The position numbers and the translations under genes are program-made. Below, in pieces: positions 28,937 to 39,949 of a stretch of DNA of 64,000 bases; the first letter of the stretch is position 1, and the number at the start of each line of letters is the position of its first letter. This DNA is from an uncultured delta proteobacterium (GTDB lineage Bacteria; Myxococcota; Kuafuiibacteriia; Kuafuiibacteriales; Kuafuiibacteriaceae), in NCBI GenBank assembly GCA_963803435.1, contig CAWDML010000007.1, positions 288,001 through 352,000 of the forward strand, written 5' to 3'. The notes under the pieces were generated by a model. It worked only from the letters and a program-made list of their open reading frames with translations, searched no databases and had not been told where the DNA came from.

Positions 28937-30721
28937 ATGGCACAGACCGTCAGCGACTTCGTCCTCCACCGGCTCCACCAATGGGGCATCCGCCAGATCT
29001 ACGGCTATCCCGGCGACGGCATCAACGGCTTCATGGGCGCGTTCGGTCGAGCGCGCGAGCACCTTCGGTTCATCAAGACGCCCCACGAGGAGCTGGCCGC
29101 GTTCATGGCGACCGGACACGCGAAGTTCTCGAGGGAGGTCGGCGTGTGCATGGCGACCTCCGGCCCGGGCGCGATCCATCTCCTGAACGGTCTGTACGAC
29201 GCCGCCATGGATCACCAGCCGGTGGTGGCGATCGTAGGTCAGCAGAAGACGATCTCGCTCGGAACCGACTATCAACAGGAGGTCGATCTCCTCTCGCTCT
29301 TCAAGGACGTCGCGCACCACTACGTCCAGATGTGCATCAACCCCGCGCAGGCGCGACAGCTCGTCGACCGCGCGCTCCGGATCGCCAAGGCCGAGCGCAC
29401 CGTGACCTGTCTGATCTTCCCCAGCGACGTGCAGGAGATGGACGCCGTCGAGGGTCCTGAGCGGATCCACGGCGCCAACTTCTCCGGCATCGGCTACGAG
29501 GCCCCGCGCGTCATCCCCTGTCCGACGACGCTGATGCGCGCGGCCCGCGTGCTCAACGAAGGCAAGCGCGTCGCGATGCTGGTCGGCGCCGGCGCCCTGA
29601 ACGCGACGGAGGAGCTGATCGAGCTGGCGGACACGCTCGGCGCGGGCGTCGCCAAGGCGCTGCTGGGCAAGGCGGCGCTCCCCGACGACCTGCCGTGGGT
29701 CACCGGATCGATCGGCCTGCTCGGTACGAAGCCGAGCGACCAGATGATGCTCCGCTGCGACACCCTGCTGATGGTCGGGACCAGCTTCCCGTACTCGGAG
29801 TGGTTGCCGAAGGAGGGACAGGCGCGCGGGGTCCAGATCGACGTGAAGCCTCGCATGCTGAGCCTGCGCTACCCGATGGAGGTCAACCTGTGCGGCGACA
29901 GCAAGGAGACGATCCGAGCGCTACTTCCCTACCTGGAGCGCAAGCAGGACCGAGCCTGGCGCGAGGACATCGAGGAGGGGGTCCGCGTGTGGTGGAAGAC
30001 GCTGGAGGAGCGGGCGATGATGTCGGCTGACCCCGTCAACCCGCAGCGTATCTTCTGGGAGCTCTCGCCTCGGCTGCCCGATCGCTGCATCCTCACCGCA
30101 GACTCGGGGTCGGCCGCGAACTGGTGGGCGCGCGATCTCAAGGTGCGCGCCGGCATGATGGCGTCGCTCTCCGGCAATCTCGCCACGATGGGGCCCGGCG
30201 TGCCCTACGCGCTGGCCGCCAAGCTCGTCCATCCCGATCGGCCGGTGGTGGCCGCCGTCGGCGACGGAGCGATGCAGATGAACGGGTGCAACGCCCTGAT
30301 CACGATCGCCGAGCGCTATCAGGAGTGGAGCGACCGCCGGCTGATCGTGCTGGTGCTCAAGAACCACGACCTCAACCAGGTGACCTGGGAGCAGCGGGTC
30401 CTGTCCGGCGATCCCAAGTTCGAGCCGGCCCAGGTGGTCCCCGACTTGGACTTCGCGGGGTACGCCGAGCTGCTCGGTCTGAGGGGCGTCAAGATCGAGC
30501 GCACCGATGACATCGTTCCGGGGCTCCAGGCGGCGCTCTCGGCCGACCGCCCGGTCGTGATCGAAGCGCTCACCGATCCCGAGGTTCCTCCGCTTCCGCC
30601 GCACATCCGTGTCGAGCAGGCCGCGAAGCTCTGGGCGGCGATGCTGCGGGGCGATCCGAACCGATACCGGGTGATCAAGCAGTCGGTGAAGGAGCTCTGG
30701 GCCGGTACGAAGGTTCGCTGA
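28937..30721 (+). CDS. thiamine-pyrophosphate-requiring protein (pyruvate oxidase/PoxB-like)
   Basis: YGYPGDG, HEE, TSGPG, GDGAMQMNG, LNQVTWE. Confidence 0.92.
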   Translation: MAQTVSDFVLHRLHQWGIRQIYGYPGDGINGFMGAFGRAREHLRFIKTPHEELAAFMATGHAKFSREVGVCMATSGPGAIHLLNGLYDAAMDHQPVVAIVGQQKTISLGTDYQQEVDLLSLFKDVAHHYVQMCINPAQARQLVDRALRIAKAERTVTCLIFPSDVQEMDAVEGPERIHGANFSGIGYEAPRVIPCPTTLMRAARVLNEGKRVAMLVGAGALNATEELIELADTLGAGVAKALLGKAALPDDLPWVTGSIGLLGTKPSDQMMLRCDTLLMVGTSFPYSEWLPKEGQARGVQIDVKPRMLSLRYPMEVNLCGDSKETIRALLPYLERKQDRAWREDIEEGVRVWWKTLEERAMMSADPVNPQRIFWELSPRLPDRCILTADSGSAANWWARDLKVRAGMMASLSGNLATMGPGVPYALAAKLVHPDRPVVAAVGDGAMQMNGCNALITIAERYQEWSDRRLIVLVLKNHDLNQVTWEQRVLSGDPKFEPAQVVPDLDFAGYAELLGLRGVKIERTDDIVPGLQAALSADRPVVIEALTDPEVPPLPPHIRVEQAAKLWAAMLRGDPNRYRVIKQSVKELWAGTKVR

Positions 30722-31781
30722 CAGCCAACGCCTCGCGATAGACCCCGAGATAGGCGCTCACCATCTGCTCGATCGAGAAGCGCCGAGCACGGTCGAGCGC
30801 CCGCCCCGACATGCTCCTGCGAAGGCCCGCCTGCTCCACCAGCGCGTTGGCCTTTGCGATCAGGTCCTCGGGCGAATCGGGAGAGAAGTAGAGCGCGGCG
30901 CCCTGCCAGACCTCGCGAAGTGAGGGGAGATCGGCGAGCAGGAGCGCGCAGCCCGAGAGCGCCGCTTCCAGCACAGTCATGCCGAACGGCTCGTACTTGG
31001 CGGGGTGGACGAAGATCGCCGCGCTCCGGGTCCAACGGAGCAGGTGGGATCGCTCGAGGACGCCCAGCCAGGCGATCTTGGAGCCGGCGCTCGGGGGGAC
31101 CTCATGATCGCCGGCGATCCGCAGCGGCCAGCCGAGCTCGCCCGCCGCCCTCTCCAGCAGCCGCGCATTCTTCGCCTCGTCCCAGCGCCGCGCGGCCGCC
31201 AGGAAGAACGGCAGCTTCGGCTCCGCAAGCGGGCCGTCGGAGTCGAGCCCGTGCGGCACCGCGTACACGGTCGGATGATCGCCGTGCTCCACCTCGAGCA
31301 TGTCGTACGCGGCGATCGTCGGCGCGACCACCACGGCGGCAGCGTCCAGCCCAACGCGGACGATCTCGCGATAGCGGTCGTAGAGGGCCGGAGGGCGGGC
31401 GCGGTAGACGGCGCGCCACCAGGAGCAGGCACACGCATGCGCCGTGATTACGACGGGTGCGCGGAACGGGAGCACGGCGTGCCCGAACGAGCTCAGGTGA
31501 ACGACGTCCGGGTCATGGCGGCGGTCGAGATCGAGCAGCCAGTCGCCGGCCGCGGTCATGTCGGCCCACGGCCAGTCCATCCACTCGAGGGCGAAGTCGG
31601 ACTGCTCGAGCACCAGCCCGGGGATCGCGAGCGCCTCCTTCCGCTGAGCGGGTGTTGGGCGCGGTCCCGTCGTCGCCAGGACCACGCCCACCCCGCGCTC
31701 GGCGAGGCCGCGCGCCAGCGCGATCGAGAAGGTCCAAACACCCCCGATCGCGTCGGCGGTCATCAGGACGACAGCGCTCAC
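30675..31781 (-). CDS. glycosyltransferase family 4
   Basis: MTADAIGGVWTF, YEPFGMTVLEAA. Confidence 0.9.
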   Translation of the reverse strand: MSAVVLMTADAIGGVWTFSIALARGLAERGVGVVLATTGPRPTPAQRKEALAIPGLVLEQSDFALEWMDWPWADMTAAGDWLLDLDRRHDPDVVHLSSFGHAVLPFRAPVVITAHACACSWWRAVYRARPPALYDRYREIVRVGLDAAAVVVAPTIAAYDMLEVEHGDHPTVYAVPHGLDSDGPLAEPKLPFFLAAARRWDEAKNARLLERAAGELGWPLRIAGDHEVPPSAGSKIAWLGVLERSHLLRWTRSAAIFVHPAKYEPFGMTVLEAALSGCALLLADLPSLREVWQGAALYFSPDSPEDLIAKANALVEQAGLRRSMSGRALDRARRFSIEQMVSAYLGVYREALAVSEPSYRPRAPSPTA

Positions 31782-32194
31782 ACGTTGGCGGGCGCCCTGC
31801 TGATCGCTCCCAGCGCCGACTTCTCGTCCCTCTCCACCGCCAGATCCCCCAGCGAGACGACGCCGACCACCTTCTCCCCCTCGCAGACCGGAAGCCGACG
31901 AATCGCGTGCTCGCGCATCATCTGAACGGCCTCGTCGATCGGATCGTTCGGGTTGATGCAGACGATCCGTTCGCTGCAGATGTCGCCCAGACTCTTTCCT
32001 TCGAGACCTCCGTCAGCGACGGCGCGCACGACGATGTCGCGATCGGTGACGATACCGCAGATCTTTCCGTCATCCTGAACGATGACATCGCCGATGTCGT
32101 TGGCCTTCATCTCGCGCGCCGCCTGAACGATGGAAGCGTCGCGCGGGAGCACGATGGGATTGGGGGTCATGACGTCGCGGACTGTGGTTGCCAT
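31778..32194 (-). CDS. CBS-domain protein
   Basis: VRDVMT, GIVTDRDIVVR, IRRLPV, GVVSLGD. Confidence 0.92.
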   Translation of the reverse strand: MATTVRDVMTPNPIVLPRDASIVQAAREMKANDIGDVIVQDDGKICGIVTDRDIVVRAVADGGLEGKSLGDICSERIVCINPNDPIDEAVQMMREHAIRRLPVCEGEKVVGVVSLGDLAVERDEKSALGAISRAPANV

Positions 32195-32206
32195 GCCGCG
32201 TTCGGC

Positions 32207-32222
32207 TGCACCGTGTATGCCA
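32207..32222 (-). promoter_or_regulatory. sigma54 -24/-12 promoter
   Basis: TGGCATACACGGTGCA; ATG 14 nt after the C. Confidence 0.75.
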
Positions 32223-32224
32223 CC

Positions 32225-32587
32225 TCACATGCTGCCCAGGATCTCCACGAGCGCCTCGATCCGCGGCGGCTTCACCAGATACGCGTCGAATCCCGCCGCG
32301 GCGCCCCGGGCGCGATCGGCGTCGGCGCCATAGCCGGAGAGCGCCACCAGGCGGAGATGGGGAAGCGCCGCACGCCGGAGCTCGCGCGCCACCTCGAAGC
32401 CGTCCATCCCCGGAAGCCCGATGTCGACGAGGACGACGTCGGGCGCAAATACTTTCGCCAGCTCGACGCCGTTGGACCCGTCGAACGCGACGCATACCTC
32501 GTGGCCCCACAGCTCGATGACCGTCGCGAGCGTCTCCGCAGCGTCGACGTTGTCCTCGACGATCAGTACCCGCGGCATGCCTCGCAC
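32225..32587 (-). CDS. single-domain response regulator
   Basis: VEDN, VDIGLPGMDG, LSGYG, VKP. Confidence 0.9.
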   Translation of the reverse strand: MRGMPRVLIVEDNVDAAETLATVIELWGHEVCVAFDGSNGVELAKVFAPDVVLVDIGLPGMDGFEVARELRRAALPHLRLVALSGYGADADRARGAAAGFDAYLVKPPRIEALVEILGSM

Positions 32588-32609
32588 CTCTTCTCCGAGG
32601 TCGCGAGCC

Positions 32610-32684
32610 TCAGCGCCATGAGCGGAACATGAACGCGAGCATCACCAGTAGGAGCGCAAGCTCCGCCCAGAGATACGTCACCAT
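32610..32684 (-). CDS. putative 24-aa single-TM micropeptide
   Basis: MVTYLWAELALLLVMLAFMFRSWR*; ATG 14 nt after the sigma54 -12 C. Confidence 0.45.
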   Translation of the reverse strand: MVTYLWAELALLLVMLAFMFRSWR

Positions 32685-32696
32685 GGTCTCGACGGG

Positions 32697-32712
32697 TGCA
32701 CCTCATATGCCG
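32697..32712 (-). promoter_or_regulatory. sigma54 -24/-12 promoter
   Basis: CGGCATATGAGGTGCA. Confidence 0.65.
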
Positions 32713-32713
32713 C

Positions 32714-34087
32714 TCACACCGCCTGCGCATGTTGCATCCGCTCCAGCTTCCGATACAGCGTGCGCCGGTCGATCCCGAGGACGTTGGCCGCGCGCGTCTT
32801 GTTGCCGCCGACAGCCTCCAGGACCCGCTGGATGTGGTTTCTCTCCAGATCCTCGAGGCTCGGCATCTGTCGTGGATCGCCAGGCTCCACCTCCGATTCG
32901 CGCGCGTCCATGCGGGCCAGACGCTCCGGGAGATCCTCGACGGTGAGGCGTTCGAACATGGTGAGCGCCACCGCACGCTCGATGCAGTTCTCGAGCTCGC
33001 GAACATTGCCGGGCCAGTCGTAGTCGAGCAACCTCTGCGCGGCCACGCCCGTCATGCCACGCACGCCCTTTCCCGAGCGGAGGCGCGCGCGATCGATGAA
33101 GGCCTGCGCCAGCAAGAGCACGTCCTGTCCGCGCTCGCGCAGCGGTGGTACGTGCACCGCCATCACATTGATCCGGTAGAAGAGATCCTCCCGGAAGCGC
33201 GCCTCGGCGATCTCCCGCTCCAGGTCACGATTGGTGGCCGCGATGATCCGCGCGTCGACCTCCACCTCTTCCTCGGCCCCCACCGGTCGCACCTTCCGCT
33301 CCTGGAGCACCCGCAGCAGCTTGGACTGGAGCTCCAGCGGGAGCTCACCGATCTCGTCGAGCAGCAACGTCCCGCCTCGCGCCTCCGCGAACAGCCCGTT
33401 CCTCTGCTCGTGGGCGTCGGTGAAGGCGCCCCGAGCGTGTCCGAAGAGCTCGCTCTCCAAGAGCGGCGCCGGCACCGCGGCGCAGTTGAGGGCCACGAAC
33501 GGGCCCTCGCTCCGCGTGCTGCTCTCGTGGATCGCGCGCGCCACCAGCTCTTTGCCGGTACCGCTCTCGCCCGTGATCAACAGCGTACTATCGACGGGTC
33601 CCACCTGATCGATCAGCTCGTACACCGCGCGGATCGGCGCGCTCGTTCCGAGCAAGCCCGACCGGCCGCGCGCGTCCTCGATCCGCTCCGGGAGTTGCGT
33701 GACGATGTCGCGCAGCCGGGCGCGCTGGATGGCACGCTCGAGCGCCAGCGCCAGCTCGCGTAGCTCGAGCGGCTTGCGGACGAAGTCGCACGCGCGGACG
33801 CGGATCGAACCGATCACCAGTCCGAGCCGTCCCGCCCCCGCAGCTACCAGGACTGGCAGCTTGGGCCAGCGATCGATCACCGCGCGGCACAACGAGAGGC
33901 CGTCGCAGGCGCCCAGCTCGAGATCAATGATGACGGCGTCCGGCAAGCCTCGGTCGAAGGCCCGAAACGCAGCACCATCCTCGCTGACCCACCAGACGTC
34001 GAACCCAAACCGGCCCAGGCCACGGCGAATCGTGGATCGCATGGCCACGTCGTCACTCACGAACAGTACGTTTCGGCGTTTCATCAA
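32714..34087 (-). CDS. sigma54-dependent response regulator (bEBP) #2
   Basis: Divergent receiver, GESGTGKE, GAFTDA, WPGNVREL, HTH GIDRRTLYRKL. Confidence 0.93.
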   Translation of the reverse strand: MMKRRNVLFVSDDVAMRSTIRRGLGRFGFDVWWVSEDGAAFRAFDRGLPDAVIIDLELGACDGLSLCRAVIDRWPKLPVLVAAGAGRLGLVIGSIRVRACDFVRKPLELRELALALERAIQRARLRDIVTQLPERIEDARGRSGLLGTSAPIRAVYELIDQVGPVDSTLLITGESGTGKELVARAIHESSTRSEGPFVALNCAAVPAPLLESELFGHARGAFTDAHEQRNGLFAEARGGTLLLDEIGELPLELQSKLLRVLQERKVRPVGAEEEVEVDARIIAATNRDLEREIAEARFREDLFYRINVMAVHVPPLRERGQDVLLLAQAFIDRARLRSGKGVRGMTGVAAQRLLDYDWPGNVRELENCIERAVALTMFERLTVEDLPERLARMDARESEVEPGDPRQMPSLEDLERNHIQRVLEAVGGNKTRAANVLGIDRRTLYRKLERMQHAQAV

Positions 34088-34110
34088 TTCCTCCGGCGTC
34101 TGCGCTCGCG

Positions 34111-34126
34111 TGCACGACGCATGCCC
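34111..34126 (-). promoter_or_regulatory. sigma54 -24/-12 promoter of bEBP #2
   Basis: GGGCATGCGTCGTGCA. Confidence 0.6.
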
Positions 34127-34316
34127 CCCTCGCCGTCATTGCGTTGGTTGCGTGCGTGCCTGCTTGTGGCGGGGCGCGCGCGCGCGATCGATGCCAATCA
34201 CCTCGGGCGGACCGCCTTCGAGTACCAAGGGACAGGACCGCCACACTCGACCATTTCGCCATGCGCAAAAGTTCGCGACGGCTGGGAAACGGCGGCTCCG
34301 GACCCGTACGCCCGTG

Positions 34317-34332
34317 TGGCGCGCCGGTTGCT
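34317..34332 (+). promoter_or_regulatory. sigma54 -24/-12 promoter of bEBP #3
   Basis: TGGCGCGCCGGTTGCT. Confidence 0.75.
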
Positions 34333-34378
34333 TGGTGGTGCGTGCGAGTCGGACAGAACGCGTTAAAGGAAGGACGAA

Positions 34379-35737
<1,359 letters not shown>

Positions 35738-35752
<15 letters not shown>

Positions 35753-36127
35753 CACCGGGGCCGAATCGATGACGCGACGGAGCTTGTCCAGATCGACCGG
35801 CTTCGGGAGGTGCTCGTCGAAACCGGCCGCCAGCGCGCTCGCCCGATCCTCGGGCCGGGCATAGCCACTCACCGCCACCAGCATTGCCCGCCCGAGCCGC
35901 GGATCGCGCCGGAACCTCGAGGCGACGTCGAAGCCGTCCATGTCGCCATCGAGCTTGAGATCACAGAGCACGAGATCGGGATCGAACTCCTGCGCGAGGT
36001 CGATCGAGGTCGCACCGTCGTAGGCGACCGCGACGCGGCAGCCGTGCGTCTCGAGGAGCAGCTTCATCATCTCCGCGTTGTCGTGATCATCGTCGACGAC
36101 GAGGACGGTCCGCGTCCCCTCAGCCAC
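35738..36127 (-). CDS. single-domain response regulator
   Basis: VLVVDDD, LCDLKL, VSGY, PKP; AAGGAG RBS before GTG. Confidence 0.88.
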
Positions 36128-36256
36128 GTTGCTCTTCTCCTTCTCGGCGCCCCACAGCGACATCCCTTGTCTCTTGCCCCTGGAATCGAGGGCGCACAAG
36201 CGGATTCGTAGAAGATCGTAGAGGCAAATCTCCACACGACGATTGTGACGCGCTTG

Positions 36257-36272
36257 GGGCATGCTGAATGCA
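36257..36272 (+). promoter_or_regulatory. sigma54 -24/-12 promoter
   Basis: GGGCATGCTGAATGCA; ATG 15 nt after the C. Confidence 0.6.
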
Positions 36273-36285
36273 GAAGCACCCAGCC

Positions 36286-36600
36286 ATGAAACGCGTACGT
36301 CGATGCACTTCCTTCTCGTCACTAACTGACGCTCTCGCCTCGATGGACGCCGAGGGCTACCGTGAGATCTTCCGGGCCGAACACGACGGGCTCTATGCGA
36401 GCCACGAGCAGCGGCTGTTCGAGCCCAGCGCGCTCGAGGTCGATCAGCGGGCAAGGGTCGAGTACGATAGCAATCCTGACGAGGAGGCGATCGTCTTCGC
36501 CCTCCGAGATCCGAAGAGCAACCTGAGAGGGACGTTCACGGTGACGTTCGGCCCAAACATCGACGCGCTCGACGCCGGGGTCGTCGAGCTATTGAAGTGA
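36286..36600 (+). CDS. conserved small hypothetical protein
   Basis: SLTDALASMDAEGY...EYDSNPDEEAIVFAL...RGTF resembles a widespread ~100 aa family, recalled as often mislabelled PRPP synthetase. Confidence 0.65.
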   Translation: MKRVRRCTSFSSLTDALASMDAEGYREIFRAEHDGLYASHEQRLFEPSALEVDQRARVEYDSNPDEEAIVFALRDPKSNLRGTFTVTFGPNIDALDAGVVELLK

Positions 36601-37959
36601 GATGGGCTGGCCGACCGCGCGCTGCAGCTCTTCGAACGCCAGCTCGACGTCGAGACGCGCATTGATCGCCGTCAGCTTGGACTGCGTGAACTTGAGCTCA
36701 GCGTCGCGCAGCTCGAGTGAGCTCCCCTTCTCCTGGGTGAACAGGCCTCGCGCCAGACGCACCGCTTCGTCCGCGGAGGCGGCCGCCTCCCGCGCCAGAT
36801 CGTAGACCGCCAGCTGCAAGCCCAGGTTCTGGACCCTGCTGTCGACCTCCCGGGCGACCAGCCGCTCCAGGTTCTCGTGATCGGACTCGGCGCGCTTGAG
36901 CGAGATCTCGCCCTCCTGGATGTCCGCCTCCGTCTGGAAGCCGTCGAAGAAGTTCCAGACGAGGGTCGCGTCGAGGGTGATGAAGTAGTTCTTGTTGGGC
37001 GCAACGTCGAAGGCGTCGTTGAAGACGCGGGCGCCGGCGCCGTACCAGCCCTTCCGGTAGGAGGCGCCCACAGTGACGCGCGGCCAGAGATCGGCCTGTC
37101 GAATGCCGATGTTCTTCTTGAGGATCTCGAGCGTCGCACGGGAGCGGATGATCTCCGGACGAACCTTCATCGCCAGCTCGATCATCGCGTCGGCCGCGGG
37201 CAGCTTCACGAAGGGGACCGGGACGGTCGCAGTCGCGACGTTGTCGGGGATGATCAGCTTGATCGGCAGCTGGGCGTCCCGGCCGAGCGCCAGGTTGAGC
37301 GATCGTCGAGCTTCATCCGCCGCAAACTGACGCCGAGCGAACGCGACGCGGTCCTCGGCGAGGTTGCGGGAGGCCGTCGCCACATCGCTCTTCTTGCCGC
37401 GCTCCGATTCGAGCAGCAGTCGCGCGCGTTCGAGCTGCTCCTCCGAGACCCGGATCTGGAGCTGGAAGGCGTCGACGGTCTGGAGCGCGCGCTCGAGGCC
37501 GTAGAACTGGCGAACGACGTTCAGCCGCACGTCGTTCTTGACGGCGTCGAGCGAGGCGCGGCGCTGGGCCTCGATGTCGTCGGCGCGGGCGATGACGAGC
37601 CACCAGCGCCCTCCGTCGAAGACCAGCTGGCGCATCGTGACCGCCGGACGGAAGAAGCTCTCGTCGTAGGTGCCTTCGGGTTCGTAGCGGAGGATCTCGA
37701 GGCTTCGAACGTCGCGGGCCTCGTAGATGGCGTCGCGCCCCAAGTTGCCGCCCACGCCGAGCGAGAAGTTGATCGACGGCATGATCGCGCCGATCGCGCG
37801 AGCCCGCTCCACGTCGACCAGGACCACGTCCGACTCTGCCCGCACGATCTCGTTCGCGTACTGATGAGCGATCGCGATCGCCTGCTCGAGCGTCAAAACC
37901 TCCGCCCTCGGGTTCACCTGGCCGAGCACGAGCAGCAGGATCGGGACACCCGACACCAC
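36589..37959 (-). CDS. TolC family outer membrane protein
   Basis: LTLEQAIAIA, two OEP repeats, LVFDGG and NFFDGF strands. Confidence 0.88.
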   Translation of the reverse strand: MVSGVPILLLVLGQVNPRAEVLTLEQAIAIAHQYANEIVRAESDVVLVDVERARAIGAIMPSINFSLGVGGNLGRDAIYEARDVRSLEILRYEPEGTYDESFFRPAVTMRQLVFDGGRWWLVIARADDIEAQRRASLDAVKNDVRLNVVRQFYGLERALQTVDAFQLQIRVSEEQLERARLLLESERGKKSDVATASRNLAEDRVAFARRQFAADEARRSLNLALGRDAQLPIKLIIPDNVATATVPVPFVKLPAADAMIELAMKVRPEIIRSRATLEILKKNIGIRQADLWPRVTVGASYRKGWYGAGARVFNDAFDVAPNKNYFITLDATLVWNFFDGFQTEADIQEGEISLKRAESDHENLERLVAREVDSRVQNLGLQLAVYDLAREAAASADEAVRLARGLFTQEKGSSLELRDAELKFTQSKLTAINARLDVELAFEELQRAVGQPISLQ

Positions 37960-38002
37960 GGGTAGCTTGCCATGAACCGGCGACCGCGGTGATCGTCTTT
38001 CC

Positions 38003-38740
38003 TTGATGCCGCCCCCCGGTCCCGCTCAGGTCGGGCTCGATGCCCTCTGGAGCCGCTATCGCAGCAAATGGCGCCGTTTGTTCTCGCGCCGGATGATCGC
38101 CGAGCTCGAGCTCCGGGCCAGCTTCGACGTCGATACGCTGTCCACCTGGCGCATCGCCAATCGGATCCCCAAAGGGACGATCCCCGACTGCCCCCGCTGT
38201 CCCGACATTTGCTGCGCCGGCCTGGAGAACGTGGTCTCGCTGCGGCTCACGGACGTCGCCCTCCTCCTCGACATCGATCGGACCGATCTGATGTCTCGAA
38301 AAAAACCAAACTTCCCGGCCTACATGCTCCGCGGGCGGCCGGCGCTGGCCGAGCTGGTGGCCTCGGACCTCTGGCGAGCGCTCCCGGTGCTCCGCCAGCT
38401 CGGCGAGGACCACGTCTGTTCCGCGCTCTCGCCCGAGCTCACCTGCACGCTCTATCCGAGCTGGCCTTCGTCCTGCGAGCGCTTCCCGTACACGCTCTCC
38501 GCGATCCGCAAGGAGGTGGTGTGGGGTCGTCGCTGCCCGGTCCAGCGCAGCGGGCCGGTGGAGCGAAGCCAGGAGCTCTTCCGCGCCGCCCTCGACGCCT
38601 ACAACCGCCGCATCATGGACGCGGTGCTGATCACGCATGCACGCGCCGAGCTCGACGCGCTCGGCCTGGGCGCCTGGCTCATCGAGCGCGACGAGGATCC
38701 GTTCGAGCCCAAGCCGATGGGCCTGCCGATCATCGAATGA
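38003..38740 (+). CDS. YkgJ-family Cys-cluster (CxxCxxCC) protein
   Basis: CPRCPDICC, CSAL...CTLYPSWPSSCERFP. Confidence 0.8.
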   Translation: MMPPPGPAQVGLDALWSRYRSKWRRLFSRRMIAELELRASFDVDTLSTWRIANRIPKGTIPDCPRCPDICCAGLENVVSLRLTDVALLLDIDRTDLMSRKKPNFPAYMLRGRPALAELVASDLWRALPVLRQLGEDHVCSALSPELTCTLYPSWPSSCERFPYTLSAIRKEVVWGRRCPVQRSGPVERSQELFRAALDAYNRRIMDAVLITHARAELDALGLGAWLIERDEDPFEPKPMGLPIIE

Positions 38741-38742
38741 CC

Positions 38743-39918
38743 TCAGAATGACGTGCTGAAGGAGAGCCCGGCGGTGCCGGGTGCGATCACCGGTGTGATC
38801 TCCTTGCCGATCCCGAGCGCGCCGAGATCCGGGCGATCCAGGAAGTACAACAAACCGCCGATGCCGGAGAGAAGGACACCTCCGACGAGCCCGGCCGTGG
38901 ACGCCGCGATGAAGTCGTTCCTTCGATCGCGCGCGTTGATGTACTCGTCGCGCTCGTCCAGGGTCAGGTTGACCATGTCGACGTCGCGCTTCCGCAGGAG
39001 GAGGCGGGCGCGGCCCTCGCTGCCGAGCGCGACCAGCACCACCACGCCGGTCACGACGAAGCTCGCCGCGCCCGACCCGAGAAGCCAGTATGAGATCGTG
39101 CGCTGGAGCGTACGGGACAGCGCGGCGTCCACAGTGGTGACGTCGCCCCGCGCGAGCGTGAGCTCCTGGCGGAATGGGTGGCGTCCGATGTCGCTCACCA
39201 CGATCGAGTGCTTGCCCGCCGGGAGCGCCACCGCCCCGAGAGGCGCGACGCCGACCAGACGGCCATCGATGCGGACGTCGGCGCCGTCGGGCGCGTCGAT
39301 GGTGACCGTCGCCGGCTTCGGCTCGAGCGTGATCTCGTGGGCCATCAGCTCGCCCTGGACGGCGACCACCTTCTTCTTGGTGGTGAAGTGCCCCGGCGCG
39401 GTGACGACGACTTCGTGCTCACCGGGCTCCACCTCTCGCGTGACCGGCTGCTCCTTCGGCTCGCCGCCGTCGACGGAGATCCGGGCGTCGACCGTCGGCG
39501 AGGTGATCATGAGACGTGTCGGCTGCTCCTCCTGCTTGACCACGACGGGCTGCTGCAGGTCGCGCTCGACGCGCGCAAGCGTGGCCTCGAGCGCAGCGAC
39601 GTGCTCGAGGGCGTCGTCGCGGCGGCCTCCCTTCTCCACCTCGCGGAGATACCGGCGGTACGCGTCGATCGCGAGCCGGAGGTGCTGAGGATCCGGCTTC
39701 ACGAAGTACTGGAGGCGATACGACTGCGCGATGGAGAACGTGATCGCAGGGTTCGGGACCAGGCGGTTCGCCTTCTCGAAGGCGTGTGCAGCGTCGAGGT
39801 AGTATCCGGCGGCGTACGCCTGCTGGCCGGCGTCGAAGTACTTGCGCGCCTCGGAGACGGCGTCCTCCTGGGTCGGGAGCGCCAGCTGCAGCGCCAGGAC
39901 CACGGCCGCCACCAGCAT
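38743..39918 (-). CDS. TPR + PEGA domain protein
   Basis: Signal peptide, ARKYFDAGQQAY TPR, two PEGA repeats, hydrophobic C-terminal segments ending in F. Confidence 0.85.
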   Translation of the reverse strand: MLVAAVVLALQLALPTQEDAVSEARKYFDAGQQAYAAGYYLDAAHAFEKANRLVPNPAITFSIAQSYRLQYFVKPDPQHLRLAIDAYRRYLREVEKGGRRDDALEHVAALEATLARVERDLQQPVVVKQEEQPTRLMITSPTVDARISVDGGEPKEQPVTREVEPGEHEVVVTAPGHFTTKKKVVAVQGELMAHEITLEPKPATVTIDAPDGADVRIDGRLVGVAPLGAVALPAGKHSIVVSDIGRHPFRQELTLARGDVTTVDAALSRTLQRTISYWLLGSGAASFVVTGVVVLVALGSEGRARLLLRKRDVDMVNLTLDERDEYINARDRRNDFIAASTAGLVGGVLLSGIGGLLYFLDRPDLGALGIGKEITPVIAPGTAGLSFSTSF

Positions 39919-39949
39919 GCTCTCCTGGTGACCGAGTCTCGGGCGGCAG

